Below are positions 7,440-14,651 of a DNA stretch of 64,000 bases, piece by piece. The position numbers and the translations under genes were made by a program. This DNA is from Oscillospiraceae bacterium (GTDB lineage Bacteria > Bacillota > Clostridia > Oscillospirales > CAG-272): the NCBI GenBank assembly GCA_015065385.1, contig SVQK01000056.1, positions 270,983 through 334,982 on the forward strand, written 5' to 3'. The notes below the pieces were generated by a model, which did no database searches, was not told the DNA's origin, and saw only the letters and a program-made list of their open reading frames with translations. How positions within the stretch are numbered: the stretch's first letter is position 1; each line of letters starts with the position of its first letter.

Positions 7440-10400
7440 ATGAATAAAACGGATGCGTACCGTAACCGCCGGTATAAGCGGCTTCTCGCAAGAATGGATG
7501 AAGTGGATGGCCATTTCGACGACGAGGGGCATTGGGTCACAACCCACGAAACGAAACGGCACATACACATAAACGAGAACGGGGTTCCTGATAAGGGCAA
7601 CCCCTATATTATTGCCAAGATGACCGGGACGAAACCGAAACTCAGCGGCGAATACCGGAAAAAATCGCTGCAGGAGAGTTTCGGTAAAGGGAATACCGGT
7701 AAGGCAGTGCATTCGTTGAAGAGCCTTCCCGAAGGATCGACGATCAAGATGGCAAACGGAACGGAGTACACAAAGACCGGAAGCGGCTTTGTCAGTTCCA
7801 AGAGTAAAACGGGTGGTAAACAGACCCCGCAAGCTCTGGCGAAAATCCTTGATGGTCATACGAAGGCCGGTAAGAACTTCGAGGTCAATCCTTCCGACAT
7901 TGGCGGGGCTGTCGAAGCGGGGAAAAACACGGGAGCCCCGAAGCCCGGACAGGGTGCTGAGTCCGAGGCTCCGAGTGCTTCTACGTCAGAATCGGTGCCG
8001 GAAACCGCATCAGCATCGTCCCCGGAGATCGATGCGCTTAACACGGTAATCGATCAATGGGGCGCGGGCAATCAGGTCCCCGCAGTAACCACATTGCAAG
8101 CTCTCACGGGTTTAGAAGACGGGACGAAAATCTTAGTTGACGGGTTTACCTTTGAAAAGCAGTCTGAAATCAGCGCGCTTGGGGCAGGGAAGGTCACTTC
8201 CTTTAAGAACACGGACACGGGCGAGGTCTTTAGTAAGGGTACGTTTAAGGCAATCCTGAAAAGCTATGCAGAGGAAGGTCAGCACGATATAGAGGTGCAA
8301 GCGCCCGGTCAATCGACGCCCGCCTCGGCTGAGGCCGCACCTGCTCCGGATGAGGTGGCCCCGGTTGAAACGGCTTCGACTTCTCCTGAAGTAACCAAAT
8401 TCAACGACATTCTTTCAGGGTGGGCTGGCCACTACAGCGATGGGACACTTACAGAGGACGATATTGCCGCCGCAAATGCTTTGAAGGATGGCACGATTAT
8501 CTCCGTTAACGGAAAAGATACCTACAAAAAGGTTACCGAACACTCCATGTACGGCGACTATCCGTGGTTTGAAAACTTAGAAACCGGGAAATGGTCGAAT
8601 GTACCCGCGCTGAAAAAAATCGTGGGCGGGGATGACGTACAGGCTGTACAGGTGAAAGATCCCGCAAATGATACAACAGTTTCTGCGCCAGCTTCTGAAC
8701 AAGAGCCTACGCCGACGTCGAGTGCCGAGCCTTCTGCCGAGCAACCGAGTTCTTCTTCCGGTGGTAAGACGATGAAGGACCTGACAGAGTCCTTGAAAAA
8801 GTATCCCCCGACCATGGAGGGGGCGAATAAGTTCTGGAATGAAGTCAATAGCACCTTCGATAACGCCCCTGACGGAACTGAGATAACCTTTCCTGATGAA
8901 GACGATGGAAAATGGATCAAGGAAACCCACGGGAGCCTGACGCAATGGGTAAACCTCGCTTCCGGCGATACGATGGATAACAGTGAGATGTCGGCGGCTT
9001 TCTTGGATTCCGACTTTGGCAAGGATCTCGATAACATTTCTGCCGGAATAACCTATAAAGAACCTACCGGCGCGGGGACGCCGGGTTCAAGCTCGAGCGG
9101 TTCAAGTGGTTTAGCCTCGCAGGATTATTCGGGCCAAAAAGAAGCCCTTAGCGATCTGATCAAAAACGTGCCCGATGCGAGCATTGCCGCCTATGAAACG
9201 GTGTTGGATGAATTCCCAGAGGGCACCATCATCAAGGTTGGCGGAAAAACGTATGAAAAAATTCCGTCCGGGGATTGGGGTGATCCAGATACAGGGTTGC
9301 CGCTTGGCGAGTCTTGGGATGTGGGCTACGAGCTGAAGCACTATAACCCTCAACACACCTTAGACATTTCGATACCCGGAGAAAACACCGCCGCGTCTTC
9401 CACCGGCAATGCGAATACACCTACTACGAGTTCTGACCCGGCGCAGTATTCGGCGTCTCTTTCAGGGGTAAAAAGCGCTGTAGATAAACTGAAACAAGGG
9501 AAATTCGTCCATCCGGCAGAGTTCAAAAAGGCGTGTAAGTCAATGAAAGACGGCGATGGAATCGTCACGAACGGAAAAACCTATATCAAGGGTACAGATT
9601 CGTCCGGAAATCCGGTGTTCCACCCTTCTGATTCCCCACAGCACACTTACAGTTCTACCGGCATGGTGGACATCATGGCATACCAGATCGGTTTGCAAAA
9701 AGCCGGTCTCTCAAACGGGGTTTCGTTCAAATCCGGATCGGATCAATCCAGCTCAGGAAGTACAGCCGGTGCTTCACCCAGCACGGCAGCTCCCACGGCA
9801 ACACCGAGCGTGGCCGCAAAAGACACGCAGAAATCAATCAAAAATGCTAAGACCAAAGCCGCCGTCGCTTCGGCTCTGGACGCGCTTCCCGTGGGAACGA
9901 AGATCCACATGAAGAACCAAGGGGAAACCGTGTTCACAAAAACGGAGCACGGTTTCTCAAAAGAGTCTAAGTTCTGGGGCGGGACCATTCACACCCTTAC
10001 CGATGACGTGGTGAAATATGTTCACGGGAAGAATAAATACGCCGCGCCCTTTGCTATCGAAGATACTTCTGGCGGAACAACCGATTTCTCGGACGGTTCA
10101 AGCTATAAAGCCCCGGCGCATTCGTCTACCGCGTCTTTGCAAAGCCAGTCTTCCTCCTCCGCCTCGTCCGCTTCATCTTCCGCATCAAGCCCGAAACCGA
10201 GTGCTTGGAACGGGCTAAAAGCAAAAGTCCAACATGCCGCCGAAGCGTTCACCCAAGCCCGGAAGAACGCGGCCCATTGGGATAAAGGGGGCGGAATGGC
10301 AACCGATAAACTGCTGAGACCGGTTACAGGAGCAGTATGGAAAAAACTAACTGAGGGGCAGAAGAAGAGTCTGGTTGCCTATACCGGGAGCGCTTATGCG

Positions 10401-10925
10401 AGCATAAATGACGCATTGAGAAACGGAACCGGTAAACGAGCTGCAGACATAAACAACATGACAACGGCTATCGATCAGTGCGAAGCGCCCACCGATATAT
10501 GGCTTCAGAGAGGATGTTCGACATACGCATTGAGTAAGCTGTTCAACACCGATACGATGACCCTTGAAAAAGCGCGTTCAAAAGGATCCCAAGCTATTCT
10601 TGACCTTTTGTCCACCTCGGCAAACTACGGTCAGGATAAGGGTTTCATGTCATGCGGGTCTTCGAAAGGGAAGGGCTTTTCCTCTAACGATGTGATTTTG
10701 AACGTGTACTGTCCGAAAGGCACGAAGATGATGTATGCGGAACCGTTCTCCCACTATGGCGCGACAAGTGCCGGAGCTACGTGGAACGGCTCGTCTGGTA
10801 CAACTCATGTTTCAGGCGAACACGAAACAATCCTGCAAAGGGGGACAATGCTCCGTCCCACAAAGGTCACGGTGTCTAACGGTAAGATATACGTGGATGT
10901 AGACGTAATCGGTCAAAACTACTAA
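7440..10925 (+). CDS. Effector-family paralog 2: shared N-terminal module, about 7 repeated modules, and a C-terminal ADP-ribosyltransferase toxin domain
   Basis: The N-terminus MNKTDAYRNRRYKRLLARMD...HWVTTHETKRHIHINENGVPDKGNPYIIAKMTG is about 150 aa and highly similar to paralog 3. S/T/A/P-rich linkers separate the repeats. The ART motifs are at the C-terminus. Confidence 0.8.
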   Translation: MNKTDAYRNRRYKRLLARMDEVDGHFDDEGHWVTTHETKRHIHINENGVPDKGNPYIIAKMTGTKPKLSGEYRKKSLQESFGKGNTGKAVHSLKSLPEGSTIKMANGTEYTKTGSGFVSSKSKTGGKQTPQALAKILDGHTKAGKNFEVNPSDIGGAVEAGKNTGAPKPGQGAESEAPSASTSESVPETASASSPEIDALNTVIDQWGAGNQVPAVTTLQALTGLEDGTKILVDGFTFEKQSEISALGAGKVTSFKNTDTGEVFSKGTFKAILKSYAEEGQHDIEVQAPGQSTPASAEAAPAPDEVAPVETASTSPEVTKFNDILSGWAGHYSDGTLTEDDIAAANALKDGTIISVNGKDTYKKVTEHSMYGDYPWFENLETGKWSNVPALKKIVGGDDVQAVQVKDPANDTTVSAPASEQEPTPTSSAEPSAEQPSSSSGGKTMKDLTESLKKYPPTMEGANKFWNEVNSTFDNAPDGTEITFPDEDDGKWIKETHGSLTQWVNLASGDTMDNSEMSAAFLDSDFGKDLDNISAGITYKEPTGAGTPGSSSSGSSGLASQDYSGQKEALSDLIKNVPDASIAAYETVLDEFPEGTIIKVGGKTYEKIPSGDWGDPDTGLPLGESWDVGYELKHYNPQHTLDISIPGENTAASSTGNANTPTTSSDPAQYSASLSGVKSAVDKLKQGKFVHPAEFKKACKSMKDGDGIVTNGKTYIKGTDSSGNPVFHPSDSPQHTYSSTGMVDIMAYQIGLQKAGLSNGVSFKSGSDQSSSGSTAGASPSTAAPTATPSVAAKDTQKSIKNAKTKAAVASALDALPVGTKIHMKNQGETVFTKTEHGFSKESKFWGGTIHTLTDDVVKYVHGKNKYAAPFAIEDTSGGTTDFSDGSSYKAPAHSSTASLQSQSSSSASSASSSASSPKPSAWNGLKAKVQHAAEAFTQARKNAAHWDKGGGMATDKLLRPVTGAVWKKLTEGQKKSLVAYTGSAYASINDALRNGTGKRAADINNMTTAIDQCEAPTDIWLQRGCSTYALSKLFNTDTMTLEKARSKGSQAILDLLSTSANYGQDKGFMSCGSSKGKGFSSNDVILNVYCPKGTKMMYAEPFSHYGATSAGATWNGSSGTTHVSGEHETILQRGTMLRPTKVTVSNGKIYVDVDVIGQNY
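10310..10922 (+). other. ADP-ribosyltransferase domain (R-S-ExE class, C3/VIP2/SpvB-like)
   Basis: YTGSAYASINDALRNG; catalytic Arg in DIWLQRG (Arg codon 10509-10511); STS-like FMSCGSS; ExE in GEHETILQRG (10818-10826). Confidence 0.8.
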
Positions 10926-10952
10926 CCTCGAAATTAAACCGGTTATTACTGC

Positions 10953-10981
10953 TTGACTTTTTTCATGCTTTATGGTAATAT
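10953..10981 (+). promoter_or_regulatory. Sigma-70-type promoter with extended -10, internal to the late region
   Basis: TTGACT (10953-10958), 17-nt spacer, TGgTAATAT (-10 at 10976-10981). It lies 28 nt after the ART gene stop. Confidence 0.6.
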
Positions 10982-11012
10982 GGGTTTACCTAATATGAGG
11001 GGGTAACATTTC

Positions 11013-11267
11013 ATGGCGAAAGAAGGAAAGATGAAGCCTCGTGATTGGGATGAGGGATTCGGTGATAACGCTGAACACGGCGCGGAAGAAACGCCTTGCA
11101 CCGATTGCGTTTTTCGTCGAATTGTCACAAGCGCAGATGGTAGGGTGATAGATACCGGAAAAGGATCTACCTGCAAGGCCTATCCCGAGCTCAAACCGCT
11201 CGAGGTGATGATGTATGGGGCCGAGTGCCCGAAATATCAGAAGGATAAACACGAAAAGAACCTCTGA
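11013..11267 (+). CDS. Small Cys-containing protein (84 aa), unknown function
   Basis: ATG after GAGGGGG. Cys pattern PCTDC...C...ECPKY. It is the first gene of the promoter-to-terminator cassette that also carries the ARH gene. Confidence 0.55.
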   Translation: MAKEGKMKPRDWDEGFGDNAEHGAEETPCTDCVFRRIVTSADGRVIDTGKGSTCKAYPELKPLEVMMYGAECPKYQKDKHEKNL

Positions 11268-11312
11268 GGCAAAGAGGATACCGAAAATGAACCCAAACAG
11301 GGAGGCAAACGC

Positions 11313-12233
11313 ATGATAGGAGCCATCATCGGTGACATCGTCGGCTCGGTCTACGAGTTCGACAATCATCGATCAAAGATTTTTCCGCTTTTTGATTCTC
11401 GCTGTGCGCTGACAGACGACAGCATAATGACGCTGGCCATCGCAAGAGCGCTCACGATCTACGGGCAGCAGGGGACGTATGAAAACCTGCAATCTGAGAC
11501 GATCCGGCAGATGCAGAGGGTCGGTCGATGCTACCCCGATTGCGGTTGGGGCGGGCGTTTCGGAAGGTGGATCTTCTCAGACGATCCGAAGCCATACAAC
11601 AGCTTCGGGAATGGCGCGGCTATGCGGGTCAGCGCGATTGTCGCCGCGGCTCCAAACCTCGAAACGGCGAAGCTGTGGACGAAGCTGGTAACCGAGATTT
11701 CGCACAACCACCCGGAAGGGATCAAAGGCGCACTTGCGACGGTTGAGCTTGCGTGGATAGCAAAAGAGGCCAGAAAACGCACGAATCCAAAATGCAAAGA
11801 TCGCATTTTCAAAGCCGCTTTGAAATACTACCCGGAAAAAGACTTCGCCGGAGATTTCAACCTTGATGCGATCCGCCCCAAATACCGATTCAACGAAACC
11901 TGCCAAGAGACGGTTCCGCAAGCCATCGAAGCGTTCCTTGAATCGAGAGATTTTGAGGACGCTATTCGAAATGCGATCTCAATCGGCGGGGACAGCGACA
12001 CGTTAGCCGCAATTACAGGGACTATCGCCGAGGCCTTCTACGGGGTGAAGCAGGAGCATAAAGCAAAAGCGCTCAAATACTTCGACAGCCTCCAATACGG
12101 AATCTACAGTGAGTTTTCAGCTATGTACAACGATCTGCCCGTATTCGGAGAGCTGTCCGGAGAAATCGCATTCCGAACAACCGAAGACGGATCCATCGGC
12201 GGGATTTCTACGATGGGAGACGTCATTGGGTAA
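11313..12233 (+). CDS. ADP-ribosylglycohydrolase (DraG/ARH family)
   Basis: GAIIGDIVGSVYEF, TDDSIMTLAIARAL, GNGAAMRVSAI, HNHPEGIKGA and GGDSDTLAAITGTIAEAFYG are the hallmark di-metal ARH motifs. Confidence 0.9.
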   Translation: MIGAIIGDIVGSVYEFDNHRSKIFPLFDSRCALTDDSIMTLAIARALTIYGQQGTYENLQSETIRQMQRVGRCYPDCGWGGRFGRWIFSDDPKPYNSFGNGAAMRVSAIVAAAPNLETAKLWTKLVTEISHNHPEGIKGALATVELAWIAKEARKRTNPKCKDRIFKAALKYYPEKDFAGDFNLDAIRPKYRFNETCQETVPQAIEAFLESRDFEDAIRNAISIGGDSDTLAAITGTIAEAFYGVKQEHKAKALKYFDSLQYGIYSEFSAMYNDLPVFGELSGEIAFRTTEDGSIGGISTMGDVIG

Positions 12234-12252
12234 TCCCGCGAACTGAATACCG

Positions 12253-12277
12253 AAGACGCAGAAATGCGTCTTTTCTT
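12253..12277 (+). terminator. Rho-independent terminator closing the ARH cassette
   Basis: AAGACGCAgaaaTGCGTCTT followed by a T-rich tail. Confidence 0.65.
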
Positions 12278-12286
12278 ATTTCCCCG

Positions 12287-13972
12287 TTGAAAGGAGGGGT
12301 CGGCATAAAAGGCAACAACATAAGTCGTTTCAAACAGCGACGCGCTGAACGTCTAATACAAAGAGCGTTTAATGCGGATGCCCGTTTTGACGAGGACAAG
12401 GGAAAATGGGTGACGACCCACGAAAAGAAGCGTCGAATCCACATAAACGAAAACGGAATCCCGGATAAAGGGAACCCCTTTGTCATAGCCAAGATGACCG
12501 GGTCTAAGCCCAAGGTCAGCACTGGCTACAAAAAGAAGAATCTTCACGATCTTCTTGTAAAGGGCAAATCCGACAAAGCTGTAAAAGCTCTGAAAGCCTT
12601 GGAAGAAGGTTCCACTATCACGCTGGAAAACGGCACACAGTACACGAAGACGGGGAGCGGCTTTGTCAGCTCGAAGGGAAAAACTGGCGGCAAACAAACC
12701 CCGCAAGCCATAGCGAAGATCCTCCATGGTCACTCCGGAGGCGGGAAGGACTTTACGGTTGGTGATCCCAAACCCGATGCAGTTCCCGAGGCAAAAGCGC
12801 CTAAAACGTCAACCGTCCCAACCTACCCGAAGACATACAGCAAGGGTCAGCTTGGCGCGTCCCATAGTTCTCATATGGGAGACGATCCGGTAGACATTCC
12901 GAAAGGTCCGCCTAAAACCTATAAATCCGACTCCGGCCACGAATTCGTGGACGCGGGTAATATTCTATCAAGCGTCAAATCAACCGATACGACGAAAGAC
13001 ATCATCGAGAAGCAGGGATTCAGCGGTTTGCCTCGACGGGTATCAAAAGAGGAATTTCAAAAGATTGCAAAACAGAGTGGTTTCGTTTCGAAGCGAACAT
13101 ATAGCGCGGCCTCTCAGGAGCTCGCAGACGAATATCGAAAACAGCTCTACGAAGGGGACTTTTTCGTGGACTGCACCGTAGGCGGTGCACAATACGGGCA
13201 AGGAATGTATTGTGCCGCCGATTACACCGGCAACGGATACAACGCGGGCATCGACGAAGAGATGAAGCACTACCAAAAATTGAATGTCGCGCGGCAAGCA
13301 GATAACGCTTTCATCTTAGGGGCTTCAACCGAAGATCTGAACAAGGCCATAGACGAGTGTAAGGCCGCGGGTAAGTACAGCTGGAACGGAATGGGTTACA
13401 AGCACATGACCCCTGCCGAGCATGAGGCGTTTAAGAAGTTTGTAACGCATCAGAAGCTCAGCCCAAAAGAAGAAGAGGCCATGGCAAAGCACGGCGGTTT
13501 TTCGGATGTTCAGTTCGTGCTGTCCACTGATGTCGGGTGGAGCAACTATGGAACGGTTTCCGTAGGAAGCACTAAGAGCGCTACCAAGAACAAGTTCCTC
13601 TCGACATATAAGGGGTACAAAAAGACCGAAGTGGTCACGTTGGACCCGAGCGCGAAGATTATTAGTTTCAATGCTCTAAAGGCGAAATACAAGGCCTATA
13701 AAGGTACGAAACCGAAAGATCTGGGTGCCTTCGCCGCGGCTATGGGCTACGATGCGATCAACGCCTACGGCCATGGTAAATCCGGGTCCTACACCGTTAT
13801 TCTCAACCGGACAAAATGTGTATTTATGGATCGGCCTATCAATGGCGACTCGGTAGATGAGCCGAAGGAATCCCGTATCAAGTTCATCCCCGGCAAGCAT
13901 GGCCGGTTCCACGCATATCGGGACGGTCAATATCTGGGGTGGGTGGACACCTACGTCGGCGGTCAGAACTGA
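12287..13972 (+). CDS. Effector-family paralog 3: shared N-terminal module plus a putative PARP/ART-like C-terminal domain
   Basis: The N-terminus RFKQRRAERL...GKWVTTHEKKRRIHINENGIPDKGNPFVIAKMTG...TGSGFVSSKGKTGGKQTPQAIAKIL parallels paralog 2. The C-terminus has YGQGMYCAAD (compare PARP FGKGIYFAD) and TEVVTLDPSAKI (compare NEYIVYD). The start codon is uncertain: TTG 12287 has no RBS, while in-frame ATA 12305 lies 7 nt after AGGAGG. Confidence 0.7.
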   Translation: MKGGVGIKGNNISRFKQRRAERLIQRAFNADARFDEDKGKWVTTHEKKRRIHINENGIPDKGNPFVIAKMTGSKPKVSTGYKKKNLHDLLVKGKSDKAVKALKALEEGSTITLENGTQYTKTGSGFVSSKGKTGGKQTPQAIAKILHGHSGGGKDFTVGDPKPDAVPEAKAPKTSTVPTYPKTYSKGQLGASHSSHMGDDPVDIPKGPPKTYKSDSGHEFVDAGNILSSVKSTDTTKDIIEKQGFSGLPRRVSKEEFQKIAKQSGFVSKRTYSAASQELADEYRKQLYEGDFFVDCTVGGAQYGQGMYCAADYTGNGYNAGIDEEMKHYQKLNVARQADNAFILGASTEDLNKAIDECKAAGKYSWNGMGYKHMTPAEHEAFKKFVTHQKLSPKEEEAMAKHGGFSDVQFVLSTDVGWSNYGTVSVGSTKSATKNKFLSTYKGYKKTEVVTLDPSAKIISFNALKAKYKAYKGTKPKDLGAFAAAMGYDAINAYGHGKSGSYTVILNRTKCVFMDRPINGDSVDEPKESRIKFIPGKHGRFHAYRDGQYLGWVDTYVGGQN

Positions 13973-14003
13973 TAGAATCGCCTCTTCCGATGAAAAATAA
14001 AAT

Positions 14004-14023
14004 GCGCGGAAACGCGCTTTTTT
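14004..14023 (+). terminator. Rho-independent terminator
   Basis: GCGCGgaaaCGCGC followed by TTTTTT. Confidence 0.65.
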
Positions 14024-14050
14024 AGTTCCTCACGATAGGAGGCGTTTCCG

Positions 14051-14218
14051 TTGAAAGAATACATTCGTGTTTTCATTCGTTTCAAAGAAGGGAGAACCGT
14101 GTGCATCTGCATGAGGGACAACCCGAAATGCAAGAAGCACTGCATCCCAGAACTGGTAGAGCGGGACAAGATGAGAGATTGGCAAGAGGCCTTCAAGGTC
14201 AATAAATACGGAAAGTAA
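14051..14218 (+). CDS. Possible small Cys-rich protein (55 aa, TTG start)
   Basis: AGGAGG at 14037-14042, then 8 nt, then TTG 14051. Translation is LKEYIRVFIRFKEGRTVCICMRDNPKCKKHCIPELVERDKMRDWQEAFKVNKYGK. It is below the track size cutoff. Confidence 0.3.
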   Translation: MKEYIRVFIRFKEGRTVCICMRDNPKCKKHCIPELVERDKMRDWQEAFKVNKYGK

Positions 14219-14321
14219 AGCGGGGTATATCGCATATGAAACGCGTCGTAAAATCGGTTCACGATCCGCCCATCGAAAGCTATTATTTTGACGGCAAAGA
14301 AAGAGAAGGGAGGTGGTACGG

Positions 14322-14651
14322 ATGCCGGAGAAAGAAATGAGCGTCATTGAAACCATCTGCCAGCAGATGATTAAGTCTGCGGGGGATGTCATCGCGCTCG
14401 AGCAGGTTATATCTCGGCTGGAAGACCACAATAACGATAAGGTGTTGGAGCTGTTTGAACACCTGCAAATCTCCAATCTGGAAGCCCTGCAAACCTTGAC
14501 AGTCGCCTTAACGGGTGAAATGCTGGAATCCCGGAAGACCGAAAACGATGATTCGGATGATGGCGGCGTCTTTGCGCCGGGGGAGCTCGATTGGAAAAAG
14601 AAAGCCGAGGTGATCGGCCACGGTGAAACGGAGGAAGAAGCCGATGAATAA
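14322..14651 (+). CDS. Acidic hypothetical protein (about 110 aa)
   Basis: ATG 14322 after GAAGGGAGG. Its stop overlaps the scaffold gene start. Confidence 0.6.
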   Translation: MPEKEMSVIETICQQMIKSAGDVIALEQVISRLEDHNNDKVLELFEHLQISNLEALQTLTVALTGEMLESRKTENDDSDDGGVFAPGELDWKKKAEVIGHGETEEEADE

